A DNA stretch of 64,000 nt. Source: Candidatus Omnitrophota bacterium (GTDB taxonomy: Bacteria; Omnitrophota; Gorgyraeia; Gygaellales; Profunditerraquicolaceae). The translations under genes were made by a program, and so were the position numbers. The stretch spans positions 23,479-87,478 of the forward strand of contig WOZK01000031.1 in NCBI GenBank assembly GCA_011620275.1. Reading direction: 5' to 3'. Below, piece by piece: positions 18,501 through 27,906 of this stretch (the stretch's first letter is position 1; every line of letters starts with the position of its first letter). The notes under the pieces are model-generated. The model saw nothing but the letters and a program-made list of their open reading frames with translations, was not told where the DNA came from and did no database searches.

Positions 18501-19400
18501 TCAAAAAGCGCTTATTTCCTTGAAACATTTCATCCTGCCGCGGATATCCGCCAGGGTAAGCCTGCCGCTACGTTCCAGTCCGAACCCTTCCACGTTGAAA
18601 GAAGCACAGACCGTGCCGTAAACAACCGCTCTTTTAAACGCCTTCCTGTCCGTGCGCCCGCAGCCGGCGAGATACCCCATAAACCCTCCCGCGAAAGTGT
18701 CGCCCGCTCCGGTCGGGTCCACGACCTTATCCACCGGATAAGCCGGCAGGGAGAAAAAAAGATCCGGTCCGTAAAGCATGACCCCGTGCTCTCCCTTCTT
18801 TATGAGCACTATGCGCGGGCCCATGCGTTGCAGCCGCCTGGCCGCGCTGACAAGGTGCTCCTCCCCGGAAAGGTCGCGCGCTTCGCGGTCATTAGCCACG
18901 TAAATATCCACTTTCTTAAGCAGTCTTAACAGCGAGGCCCGCTTATTATGTATCCAGTAATTCATGCTGTCAAGGCCGACCAGCCGCGCCGAATGCATAC
19001 TCCCAAGTAGCTGTTTCTGGATATCCGGATCGACATTGGCGAGAAAGATGTTGCGGATGCCGCGCTGGCCGGCTCTTACCTTCGGGCTGAAGGCAGAGAG
19101 CACTCCCAGCTCGGTTTTGATGGTAAGCGCGGTGTTCATATCGCCTTTGTATTCTCCGCTCCACTTGAAGGTAACGCCGGCCGTCTTAATCAGGGAATCC
19201 AGGTTTATGCCTTTGCCGGAGAGAAAATCCAGATGCTGGGAAGGAAAGTCCTCGCCCACGGTAGCCACCAGATTGACGTGCGTGAAAAGCCTGGCGGACA
19301 TGGAAAAATGAACGGCGGAACCTCCCAGCATATAATGACGCCGGCCGTGCGGCGTTTTGACTGTATCTAAAGCCACTGTTCCCAGGACAAGTATGCTCAT
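18501..19400 (-). CDS. PfkB-family carbohydrate/nucleoside kinase
   Basis: GTVALD, LGGSA and DPTGAGDTFAGG. Start moved to MSILVLG. Confidence 0.92.
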   Translation of the reverse strand: MSILVLGTVALDTVKTPHGRRHYMLGGSAVHFSMSARLFTHVNLVATVGEDFPSQHLDFLSGKGINLDSLIKTAGVTFKWSGEYKGDMNTALTIKTELGVLSAFSPKVRAGQRGIRNIFLANVDPDIQKQLLGSMHSARLVGLDSMNYWIHNKRASLLRLLKKVDIYVANDREARDLSGEEHLVSAARRLQRMGPRIVLIKKGEHGVMLYGPDLFFSLPAYPVDKVVDPTGAGDTFAGGFMGYLAGCGRTDRKAFKRAVVYGTVCASFNVEGFGLERSGRLTLADIRGRMKCFKEISAF

Positions 19401-20149
19401 CTTAGAAAAATAAGAATTACCGCCGCCGCCAGCAGACAATAATACCCGAAATACGGCAATTTGGACCTTAAGATCAAACGTCTCAACAACGCAAGCGCGG
19501 CCAGACCGAAAATAAAACTGGCGAGAAATCCCGCCAGAGGCTCGCTCCATGATTCCACGCAAACCGCGGTAATCTCACGGGCGTCCAGCAGGGCTGCGCC
19601 GGCCACGGCCGGTATCCCGGAGATGAACGAGAATTTAAAACACGTCTCGCGTTCAATACCCCTGAAAAGAAGCGCGGAGATGGTGACGCCGGAACGGGAT
19701 ATCCCGGGCAGCACCGCTATCCCCTGCGCCGCTCCCATTAAAGCCGCGTCACCCAAAGAAATATCCTTCTTACCGGAAACGCGCAGCCTCCCCGTCAGGA
19801 TAAGCGCCGTTCCTGTGGCCAGCAGGGCCAAAGCCGCCGGCACGGTAGAGGAAAAGATTTTTTCAACAAAACCTTTGAGCAGGAAAGCGATGACGCCGGT
19901 GATCAGCGTGACCGCCACCACCAACAGGAATTGTCTCCTGTCCGAAAGCATCCGCAGGATATCACGGCGGAAATACAACACGGTCGCCAAAAGCGTCCCC
20001 AGATGCAAGACGATGGGGAAAACCAGTCCTCGCCCGTCTATGCCGAGAAGTTTTTGAAATATGACGAGGTGCGCGGAGCTGCTTACAGGAAAGAACTCAG
20101 TCATACCCTGCACCGCGCCGAGAAGAATATATTTTATCATGCCAGTCAT
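19397..20149 (-). CDS. uppP: Undecaprenyl-diphosphate phosphatase
   Basis: QGMTEFFPVSSSAH, HLGT and PGISRSG. Confidence 0.95.
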   Translation of the reverse strand: MTGMIKYILLGAVQGMTEFFPVSSSAHLVIFQKLLGIDGRGLVFPIVLHLGTLLATVLYFRRDILRMLSDRRQFLLVVAVTLITGVIAFLLKGFVEKIFSSTVPAALALLATGTALILTGRLRVSGKKDISLGDAALMGAAQGIAVLPGISRSGVTISALLFRGIERETCFKFSFISGIPAVAGAALLDAREITAVCVESWSEPLAGFLASFIFGLAALALLRRLILRSKLPYFGYYCLLAAAVILIFLR

Positions 20150-20178
20150 TATATTAGAACGGAGGTATAAATCAATAT

Positions 20179-20850
20179 TTAGATCGACGCGCCGCTCGGC
20201 GGCGTGAATTGCCCCGGATCCACGCCGTGCTTCAGCAAAAAATTACACATATCGACAGGCAACGGGGCGGACAAAACGATGCCTCTTCCGGAATAAGGGT
20301 GCCTGAATTCCAACTGCCAGGCATGCAGCATCACTCTCTTTGCCCTCAGGATAAAATCTCTTCTGAAGACAAACCTGGCCTCGCCAACGATCGGATGACC
20401 GATTCCGGTAAAATGTATGCGCAACTGATTGGTCCGTCCGGTTTCCGGGGTCGCGCAGACCACGGAGAAAGCCGAACGCCGCAGCAGCACTACATAAGAA
20501 GTCGAAGCCGGTTTACCTTCTATCGGACTGCGGATAGTCCTTTTCCCTTCCGCCGGGCTGCCGTGCAACACGGCCAGATACGTCTTCCCCACCGTCCTGC
20601 CGCGGAAAATATCCATCATTTTCTTTTGGGCAGACTTGCCCTTGGCATAAACTATCAAACCTGAGGTTTCGCGGTCGAGGCGGTGGCAAGGATGAAAACG
20701 CGGCAAACCGTCCTGATCCCGATTACGGGAGTTTAGAAGGAAAGTAAAATCTTTCTCCCTGTCTCCGGGAGCCGGTATGGTGAGTAGTCCGGGCGGTTTA
20801 TTGAAAACGGCCAGATGATCGTCCTCGTAGATCGCCGGGATATTATTCAT
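20179..20850 (-). CDS. RluA-family pseudouridine synthase
   Basis: NKPPGL, HRLDRETSG, TGRTNQLRIH and LHA. Confidence 0.94.
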   Translation of the reverse strand: MNNIPAIYEDDHLAVFNKPPGLLTIPAPGDREKDFTFLLNSRNRDQDGLPRFHPCHRLDRETSGLIVYAKGKSAQKKMMDIFRGRTVGKTYLAVLHGSPAEGKRTIRSPIEGKPASTSYVVLLRRSAFSVVCATPETGRTNQLRIHFTGIGHPIVGEARFVFRRDFILRAKRVMLHAWQLEFRHPYSGRGIVLSAPLPVDMCNFLLKHGVDPGQFTPPSGASI

Positions 20851-20857
20851 TTCCGGT

Positions 20858-21802
20858 TCAAAAGGTCTCCAGCATCCGTTCTATGGCCCTGCGGGCGCGG
20901 CTGCGTATCTCCTGCGGGACTTTCACCTCTCCGCGCAGGGTCTCCAGCGCCCAAAGCACTTTTTCCTGCGTAGTGCGTTTCATGTTGGGACACACCGCCG
21001 CCTCGGCCGCCGGATAGAATTCCTTGCCCGGATTGTCTTTCTTCAACCTGTAGATTATGCCGACTTCCGTCCCGACGATGAACTCGCGCGTGGAAGAAGA
21101 ACGAGCGTATTTGGACATCCCGCTGGTGGAAAGGGCGGCATCGGCGAGAGAAATAACGGAAGGCAGACATTCCGGATGCGCCAGGACGCGCGCTTCGGGA
21201 TGAAATTTTTTCTCTTTTTTTATGTCCTCCGGTCTTATCTTTATATGGGTCGGACAGAACCCGTCCCAGGCGATCAGCTTTATCCCGGTTTGGACGCTCA
21301 CGTAGGAAGCCAGATATTTATCGGGGACGAAGATTATTTGCGGCCGGCGGCCCTCTTTTTCCATCTTTTCCGCCACGGCCTTCACCACTCCGACGGCATT
21401 GGTAGAGGTACAGCAGATATCCAGCTCGGCCTTCACCGCGGCCGATGTATTGACGTATCCGACGCTGACAGCGCCGGGATGTTTCTCCTTCAATCCGCGC
21501 AATTCCTCCTTGGTGATCATCCCGGCCATCGGACAAGAGGCGGTTATGTCCGGCATTATCACCTTCTTCTCCGGAGACAGTACGGCGGCAGTTTCAGCCA
21601 TAAAATGCACGCCGCAGAAAATGATCACGTCGGCTTTCGTCCCGGAGGCGATACGGCTTAATTCCAGGGAATCTCCGGTGAAATCCGCTATATCCTGCAC
21701 CTCGGGGAGCTGGTAATTATGAGCCAGAATTACCGCGTTCCTTTTTTTCTTCAACTCCTGTATTTTTTTGCCGATGTTGTCCGCATTCCTTGCCGGTGAC
21801 AT
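20858..21802 (-). CDS. nadA: Quinolinate synthase
   Basis: LAHNYQ, GDSLELS, CGVHFMAETA, CPMA, HPEC and CPNMK. Confidence 0.97.
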   Translation of the reverse strand: MSPARNADNIGKKIQELKKKRNAVILAHNYQLPEVQDIADFTGDSLELSRIASGTKADVIIFCGVHFMAETAAVLSPEKKVIMPDITASCPMAGMITKEELRGLKEKHPGAVSVGYVNTSAAVKAELDICCTSTNAVGVVKAVAEKMEKEGRRPQIIFVPDKYLASYVSVQTGIKLIAWDGFCPTHIKIRPEDIKKEKKFHPEARVLAHPECLPSVISLADAALSTSGMSKYARSSSTREFIVGTEVGIIYRLKKDNPGKEFYPAAEAAVCPNMKRTTQEKVLWALETLRGEVKVPQEIRSRARRAIERMLETF

Positions 21803-21803
21803 A

Positions 21804-22823
21804 TCAATCCAATACCTTTCTTATTATGCCTCCCCCGACAACTACATCTCCTCTGTAAATCACCGCCGATTGTCCTGGAGTAACCGCGAATTGGGGGAGA
21901 CGGAAAACAATTTTTAGCGTGTTGCCGGATGGCGTTATTTCGGCTGGCTGTTCCGTATGATTATACCGTATCTTCACGTTAAGGACAACCTTCTTTTTCA
22001 ACGGCTCGCGTGGAAAGCTCAGGTTGTTTACGATGAAAGCCGACGCCGAAACCTCCTGCCTCCCGCCCAGCACCACCCTGTTGCGCCGCGCGTCCACCTC
22101 TTTAACGTATAAAGGACGGCCGGAAGAAATACCCAGGCCCTGCCTTTGCCCGACGGTATAAAACGGCACTCCTTTATGACGCCCGAGAACTTTTCCCCCC
22201 GTATCGACGAATTCTCCGGGCAGGCAACCGAATCCCGGAACGGAGGCGAGGAAAGAACGGTAATCGCCGCCCGGGACAAAACATACGTCCTGGCTCTCCT
22301 TGCCGGAAGAAACGCTCAACCCCGCGGAGGAGACAAGCCGGCGCACTCCCTCCTTGGTATAACCGCCGAGCGGGAAAAGCGTGTTCTTGAGCGAATCCGG
22401 AGCAAGACTGTAGAGAAAATAACTCTGGTCTTTTTCTGAGTCGGCCGCTTTTTTTAGGCGGCCGTTTTCTATTTTCGCGTAATGCCCGGTGACGAAATAA
22501 TCCGGCCCAAGGGAAAGGGCCTTGACGCGCAGCAGTCCGAATTTGATGTAGCGGTTGCATCGCACGCAGGGATTGGGGGTCCGGCCCCTGGCGTATTCCG
22601 CGCAGAAGTTATCGATAACCTTGCGCTCGAACTCTTTTCCCAGACGGAATATCCGATGCTCTATGCCGATCTCTTCCGCCGCGCGCCTCGCCGCGCAGAT
22701 ATCCTCGTTCCCCGACAAAAGAGCGGTAATCCCAATTACCCGGAAACCGCGCGATTTAAGTAATAAAGCCGCTGCCGCGGAATCCACTCCCCCGCTTAAA
22801 GCGACCGCAGCCGTTTTTGACAT
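21804..22823 (-). CDS. mnmA: tRNA 2-thiouridine(34) synthase (CxxC+C type)
   Basis: SGGVDS, TPNPCVRCN, TGHYA, KDQSYFL, ESQDVCF and AVTPGQ. Confidence 0.96.
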   Translation of the reverse strand: MSKTAAVALSGGVDSAAAALLLKSRGFRVIGITALLSGNEDICAARRAAEEIGIEHRIFRLGKEFERKVIDNFCAEYARGRTPNPCVRCNRYIKFGLLRVKALSLGPDYFVTGHYAKIENGRLKKAADSEKDQSYFLYSLAPDSLKNTLFPLGGYTKEGVRRLVSSAGLSVSSGKESQDVCFVPGGDYRSFLASVPGFGCLPGEFVDTGGKVLGRHKGVPFYTVGQRQGLGISSGRPLYVKEVDARRNRVVLGGRQEVSASAFIVNNLSFPREPLKKKVVLNVKIRYNHTEQPAEITPSGNTLKIVFRLPQFAVTPGQSAVIYRGDVVVGGGIIRKVLD

Positions 22824-22835
22824 ATCGATAATAAT

Positions 22836-22942
22836 GAAATCCCCCGGGCTTAAAACCCGTGGTAACCCTTAGATAAACCCGGGGCAAGCCCGCTCCGCAG
22901 CTATCCTCGGATTGAACAACCGGGGATTTCTACGGTTTAAGT
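22836..22942. repeat. REP/MITE-like composite repeat, copy A
   Basis: Shares GGTAAYCCTTAGATAAA and TTGAA..ACCGGGGATT.CT.CGGTTT blocks with 23754-23868. Contains the internal hairpin CCCCCGGGCTTAAAACCCG. Confidence 0.75.
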
Positions 22943-22960
22943 AAACAGCGCGTTTGCCCA

Positions 22961-23722
22961 TTATATGCTGTAGCCGGTAAGTAAAAGGGTGTACCCGGCA
23001 GAAGACGTCCCTTTCAACTTTAAAGGTATCCTTTTTTCGTCCGCGGAGATCCATATCTCGAATTTCCGCGGTTCGCTCGTAAAATGGTAAGCCTTGAAAG
23101 TGCCGGCCGGGACCTTTACTTCTTCTATGGAATCCAGAGAAACGATGAAACTCTGCGTCGGGAGCTGAACGCGCATCCTCCATCCTTCTTTAAGACCGGG
23201 GATTGTCCTGACATAATAAGGCAGCAATACGGCGTTATGTATAGCCCTATCTTTCTTGATGACCTGTACGCTTCTGCTTTTCCCCTCTTCCCTTGTTATC
23301 TTAATAGAAAAGGCCGTCTGGTCATACTCTTCGGTTATCCTCTCTTTCTTCGGCCAGAAATCTATTATCCTTTCCACGCGCACCGGCAACAGGCTGCCGG
23401 GGAGACAATAAATAAGCTCATTATCCCTGAAACGGGCCAGTACAGTGCGGAAATTCACGACATGAACGGCGGTGCCGTTCAGTTCGGTAATATCCCTGTG
23501 CTCAAATTCAGCAGTCCCCACCGATAGTATGCCGAGTTTTACCTGATACAGGACCTTCTCCCCCACGTATTTTTTTATCGGGTCTTCCTGCGCAGGAGAA
23601 AATGCGGCGGTCTTTCCACCGCGGCCCGAGGGCCGGAAAACAACGGTTTTAAAAAACCAGCCCGCCGCCGCGGCGGCGAGAATTAAGCATAATATAATCC
23701 TGTATCGTGGCACCCGTATCAT
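22961..23722 (-). CDS. DUF3108-like exported protein
   Basis: N-terminal membrane anchor, GEKVLYQV and EEVKVPAGTFKAY...IWIS...RIPLK. Confidence 0.75.
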   Translation of the reverse strand: MIRVPRYRIILCLILAAAAAGWFFKTVVFRPSGRGGKTAAFSPAQEDPIKKYVGEKVLYQVKLGILSVGTAEFEHRDITELNGTAVHVVNFRTVLARFRDNELIYCLPGSLLPVRVERIIDFWPKKERITEEYDQTAFSIKITREEGKSRSVQVIKKDRAIHNAVLLPYYVRTIPGLKEGWRMRVQLPTQSFIVSLDSIEEVKVPAGTFKAYHFTSEPRKFEIWISADEKRIPLKLKGTSSAGYTLLLTGYSI

Positions 23723-23753
23723 TTATCGTCTCGTTATCCCGGGAGGCCGAATA

Positions 23754-23868
23754 GGGCCCACCCAAGCTTTAAACCCGGGGTAATCCTTAGATAAAATAAG
23801 GACAAAACCACTCCGCGTATCCAAGGTTAATCCGGATTGAAAACCGGGGATTCCTGCGGTTTGATTAA
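23754..23868. repeat. REP/MITE-like composite repeat, copy B
   Basis: 23837-23866 (TTGAAAACCGGGGATTCCTGCGGTTTGATT) is identical to 31661-31690, and the copy is paralogous to copy A. Confidence 0.8.
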
Positions 23869-24839
23869 CCGCGCTGCGGGAGTCCGCAATGTATCACATC
23901 CCCTGCCATTACTTTTTCCGTCAAGCCGGAATCATTCCTGACCAGCAGACCGCCGTCATCTTCTATATCTACCGCCTCGCCCTCGATACCCCCCCTGGGC
24001 AGGATTACTTTGACTCTTTTTCCCAGTGTGGAATTAAGCCCGCGCCATTTACCGATTATCAAAGCGTACTCACCGCGGCAGAATTCTTTATAATAGTTTT
24101 CCAGCCTGAAAAAGATCTCCTGAAGCAGGGCAACGCGGTCCACCTTCATCCTCGCCGCTTCAGCTATCGAGGCCGTGCCCGGAAGTAACTCGGCAGTTTC
24201 GTTGTTCACGTTCAAACCCACGCCGACCACCACGTAAGGCGCGCCGCCGGCACCGCTGCCGGCCTCGGTAAGAATACCCCCCGCCTTCCGGGCGTCCAGC
24301 AGGATATCGTTGGGCCATTTTATCCCGGTAACGACACCGGAAATGCTATGCACGGCTTCCGCAACGGCTACCGCCGCCAGCAAAGTAAGAAGGGAAAAAC
24401 GCCCCGTTGAAGAGGGGGGACGAAGCAGCAGGGAAAAATATATACCTTTCCCTGCAGGAGAGAACCAGTTCCTGCCGGCCCTGCCGCGGCCTGCGGACTG
24501 ACTCTCGGCGACGACCGCCGTCCCTTCCTGCGCGCCTTCGGCAGCCAGGCGTGCCGCGTCGTCCATGGTCGAAACGGTCTTGTCTAAATAAACTATGCGC
24601 CTGCCGATCTTGACCGTCGCGAGGTTCTTCTCTATCTCAGCCGGCATCAGACAATCCGGAATAAAAGTCATCTTATAGCCCAGATGCGGCACGGTTTCTA
24701 TCACGTAACCGTTGTCGCGCAGTCTACGCATCTCTTCCCACAACTTCTCCGCGCTGATTCCGAGCGCGAAGGTTAACTCCTCCTCCTGCATGAATCGCTC
24801 GCTCTCTTTAAGCAATGTGATTATCTTATCTCGGGGCAT
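23865..24839 (-). CDS. birA: Biotin--protein ligase with an N-terminal wHTH
   Basis: QSAGRGRAGRNWFSP, IKWPND and KAGGIL. Start moved to MPRDK. Confidence 0.94.
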   Translation of the reverse strand: MPRDKIITLLKESERFMQEEELTFALGISAEKLWEEMRRLRDNGYVIETVPHLGYKMTFIPDCLMPAEIEKNLATVKIGRRIVYLDKTVSTMDDAARLAAEGAQEGTAVVAESQSAGRGRAGRNWFSPAGKGIYFSLLLRPPSSTGRFSLLTLLAAVAVAEAVHSISGVVTGIKWPNDILLDARKAGGILTEAGSGAGGAPYVVVGVGLNVNNETAELLPGTASIAEAARMKVDRVALLQEIFFRLENYYKEFCRGEYALIIGKWRGLNSTLGKRVKVILPRGGIEGEAVDIEDDGGLLVRNDSGLTEKVMAGDVIHCGLPQRG

Positions 24840-25046
24840 TGTTTTGTTTCCGCAGGTTATAAAACTCCCCGGGCAATCCTGAGATAAACCCTGGTAGTGA
24901 GCTGTCCAACTACTCAAAACAGGCGGCCCGGGGTAATCCTTGGCTATTCGGCTGTCCGATCCTGTTGAAGGGACATTCAGTAATGCAAATCAGAGTCTGA
25001 AACCGGTCAATAATATCCGCCCGGCATTCAGGATCATGCGCCGCCG

Positions 25047-25454
25047 TTAAAAACGCACTTCCATCGCCTTGAACGGACAAATGCGCACACAGACCCCGCA
25101 GGCGATACATTTATCTTCGGAGAAAACGATCTCCCTGCTCTCCTTGTCCGGCAGTAAAGCCCCCGCCGGACAAAGAGGCACGCAGACACCGCAATCGGTG
25201 CATTTTTTCTCGTTTCTTACCACGTCCTGGCTCAAAGGCTGTATCTTCACCCCGCAGGACTTCAGATAATGCAACCCCTTCTCGAAAGCCGGCTCTTCAC
25301 CGCTCAACTCCAGCACCATCAGCCCTTCCTCATCCGGGGTCACGTAAGCCTTCAAGATGTTGAAATTAAGTTCGTAATCCTTGACCAGCTTGAAAACTAT
25401 CGGCTGTTCGACCAGTTTACGGGGGAAATGTAAAACCACTTTTCTGGAGATCAT
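25047..25454 (-). CDS. NIL-domain ferredoxin (MA1822/MJ0099-like partner of DUF39)
   Basis: NIL motif FNILKA plus CTDCGVCVPLCP and CIACGVCVRICP. Adjacent to the DUF39 gene. Confidence 0.9.
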   Translation of the reverse strand: MISRKVVLHFPRKLVEQPIVFKLVKDYELNFNILKAYVTPDEEGLMVLELSGEEPAFEKGLHYLKSCGVKIQPLSQDVVRNEKKCTDCGVCVPLCPAGALLPDKESREIVFSEDKCIACGVCVRICPFKAMEVRF

Positions 25455-25470
25455 CTTTCCGCTCCTTGCC

Positions 25471-26679
25471 TTACTCCTTTTTGTAAAGCCTCTCGTTGAG
25501 AGGTTTCACCTTGTAGCCGCTCTCGGCCCCCGGCAGCGCCGCAGAAGGCTCGGTGAGAAAGAATTCTCCTTCCTCGATCCTGGTCTTCAACAGCACGGCT
25601 ATCTTGCGCGCGCGCGCATAGCTGGAAAGGCTGCCTGTGGGAACGGTCTTACCGCGTAGTTTGATGTTCCCGGAACGCAACTCCGCGTAACTTACTTCAG
25701 CGATGATGCGGGATGACCTTTGCGGATAATCGCGGCCGTAATCTACCACCGGAGCGTATATCTCGGCATCGGTAACCGCCGCCCGCCTAACCACTTCCTC
25801 ATCAAAAACGGGGATGGGCACGCCGATGCCTATGGAAAGCGTCACCCCGTAACCCGCCATACTCGTGCCGACCAGCCATTCCGGGCTCATCTGTTTCAGG
25901 TCGCCGATAACCGCAAGCGTACCCGCGCCTCCCAGAGGGATCCCGTTCCTGCCGCGTTCGACGCAGGGGTTGTGCTGCGTCCCGTGCCAGGCTATGTAAC
26001 CGATCCCGCCTCCGAGAAAAATACGGGTGCCTATGCCTATGGTTCGGTAATAGGGGTCTTTCAGCAGAGGCGAAAGCTGCCCGGCGGAAGAATAATTGGC
26101 GTTGCCGAGCCGCGGTTTAAGCATCCCCATATAGGTAAAAACGGTCTTGCCGGAGAGGTTGACTGCAACATTATAATTCTGATAACAATTGCGCATATTG
26201 AAGAGAACCGCCTCGTTTAAATCCCTGATGTTAAGCAGTGTCTCCAATTTTCTCCGGGGATAGCAGTCGGTACCGTAAGCGCTGCATTCCAGACGGACGT
26301 CTTTGCCCGCTGCCAATTCCTGTATCACGTGCCCGCCGCCGTATTTGAATTCCCCGGGAAAAATCTTATTGCGGGGATCATCGTCCGGCACGGCGGTAGC
26401 CCCGAGGAAAACGTCCACGGCGCCAAAAGCGGCATAAACCGGCACGTCATTGACCGTGCAGCTGCCGCCCCCCAGCTTGATCCTCGGCTTGGAGTGACCG
26501 ATATTGAAATAAACCCCGCTGGAACACATGGGTCCGAAAGTGGCGGTGGTGACCACGTCCACCTCCCTGGCGACCTTCCTGACGCCTTTCTTAGCCACCA
26601 GGTCTATTATCTCCTCGGCAGTGACCACCACGGCGTCTCCCCTGCCGATCTTAGCGTTGATCTCTTTGATAGTCTTCAT
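25471..26679 (-). CDS. DUF39 homocysteine biosynthesis protein (L-aspartate semialdehyde sulfurtransferase, MA1821/MJ0100-like)
   Basis: KTIKEIN..I..G.AVVVTAEE, VDVVTTATFGPMCSSG, GTDCYPR, RNCYQNY and GTQHNP. Confidence 0.92.
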   Translation of the reverse strand: MKTIKEINAKIGRGDAVVVTAEEIIDLVAKKGVRKVAREVDVVTTATFGPMCSSGVYFNIGHSKPRIKLGGGSCTVNDVPVYAAFGAVDVFLGATAVPDDDPRNKIFPGEFKYGGGHVIQELAAGKDVRLECSAYGTDCYPRRKLETLLNIRDLNEAVLFNMRNCYQNYNVAVNLSGKTVFTYMGMLKPRLGNANYSSAGQLSPLLKDPYYRTIGIGTRIFLGGGIGYIAWHGTQHNPCVERGRNGIPLGGAGTLAVIGDLKQMSPEWLVGTSMAGYGVTLSIGIGVPIPVFDEEVVRRAAVTDAEIYAPVVDYGRDYPQRSSRIIAEVSYAELRSGNIKLRGKTVPTGSLSSYARARKIAVLLKTRIEEGEFFLTEPSAALPGAESGYKVKPLNERLYKKE

Positions 26680-26699
26680 TTCCCCTCACTTTGGCCCGT

Positions 26700-26921
26700 T
26701 CAAACCGAGACCACCTCTTTTACTTCCGGTACTTCCTTTTTCAGGATGCGCTCTATGCCCATTTTAAGTGTAAACTGGCTCATAGCGCAGCATCCGCAGC
26801 TGCCGGTGAGTTTCACTTTCACCACTCCGTCTTCTCCGACATCCACCAGATCCACGCTCCCGCCGTCTGCCGCCAGCATCGGCCTGATCTTTTCCAGCAC
26901 TGCCTCAACCTTTTCTCTCAT
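26700..26921 (-). CDS. NifU C-terminal/Nfu-type Fe-S carrier
   Basis: IRPMLAADGG and LTGSCGCCAMS...TLKMGIE. Confidence 0.93.
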   Translation of the reverse strand: MREKVEAVLEKIRPMLAADGGSVDLVDVGEDGVVKVKLTGSCGCCAMSQFTLKMGIERILKKEVPEVKEVVSV

Positions 26922-26997
26922 CTAATCCTCCCGTCTGCCGTACTCCATTGACGTGCGATCTTGTTTTGAACGGCCTTGCCCGGTCCGCGAAGATGCG

Positions 26998-27897
26998 TCA
27001 GGACAAATATCTCTCCCCCGTATCCGGAAGGACCGTAACTACCGTCTTTCCCCTGCCGAGCTTCTCAGCCGCCCTCAACGCGGCCCATACCGCGGCCCCC
27101 GCGGAAATCCCGGCAAAGATGCCTTCGCGCGCAGACAATTCAAGACGGCAGGACAAAGCGGCCTCGTCGGTAACCGTAATTACTTCGTCTATCAAAGAGA
27201 CATCCAGCACAGGAGGAATAAACCCCGCTCCTATACCCTGTATCTTATGCGCCCCGGCTTTACCTCCGGAAAGAACCGGGCTGGCCGCGGGTTCGACCGC
27301 GATAACCTTCACGCGGGGGTTCTTCGCCTTCAACGCCGCGCCGACGCCTGTCAACGTCCCGCCTGTGCCGACCCCGCAGACAAAGGCGTCGATCCTTCCT
27401 GGGGTATCGCGCAATATCTCCACCGCCGTTGTCCTGCGGTGGGCTTCGGGATTGGCCGGGTTGCTGAACTGCCTGATGGAATAACCTTTCTTGACGGAAC
27501 GGCCTATTTCCCCGGCTTTATCGATCGCGGCGCGCATGCCGCCGGCGACGGGCGTGAGCACGACTTCCGCCCCGTAACTGCCCAGTATTTCGCAACGCTG
27601 ACGGCTCATATTTTCCGGCATGACTATAATACATTTGTAGCCGCGCAAGGCGGAAAGCATAGCGAGACCTATCCCGGTATTGCCGCTGGTAGGCTCGATT
27701 ATGGTATAGCCCGGTTTCAGCTGCCCGCTGCGCTCCGCTTCATTGACAATATTGAGGCAAATGCGGTCTTTTATACTGCCTCCGGGGTTTCCCCCTTCTA
27801 TCTTTACGAAGACGTTCGCGCCGCGCCGCTCGGGTAGCGAATTCAATTTTACCAGGGGAGTATTCCCAATCAGGGCAGAAACATCTTTAGTGAACAT
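26998..27897 (-). CDS. cysK: Cysteine synthase A
   Basis: NPGGSIKDR, PTSGNTG, GTGGT and HKIQGIG. Confidence 0.96.
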   Translation of the reverse strand: MFTKDVSALIGNTPLVKLNSLPERRGANVFVKIEGGNPGGSIKDRICLNIVNEAERSGQLKPGYTIIEPTSGNTGIGLAMLSALRGYKCIIVMPENMSRQRCEILGSYGAEVVLTPVAGGMRAAIDKAGEIGRSVKKGYSIRQFSNPANPEAHRRTTAVEILRDTPGRIDAFVCGVGTGGTLTGVGAALKAKNPRVKVIAVEPAASPVLSGGKAGAHKIQGIGAGFIPPVLDVSLIDEVITVTDEAALSCRLELSAREGIFAGISAGAAVWAALRAAEKLGRGKTVVTVLPDTGERYLS

Positions 27898-27906
27898 CGG
27901 CGTATT

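Noticed and set aside
22836-24941. Integron-like cassette array (one gene per repeat)
   Set aside because: There is no integrase, no attC-type RYYYAAC/GTTRRRY ends were recognised, and the flanking genes birA and mnmA are housekeeping genes.
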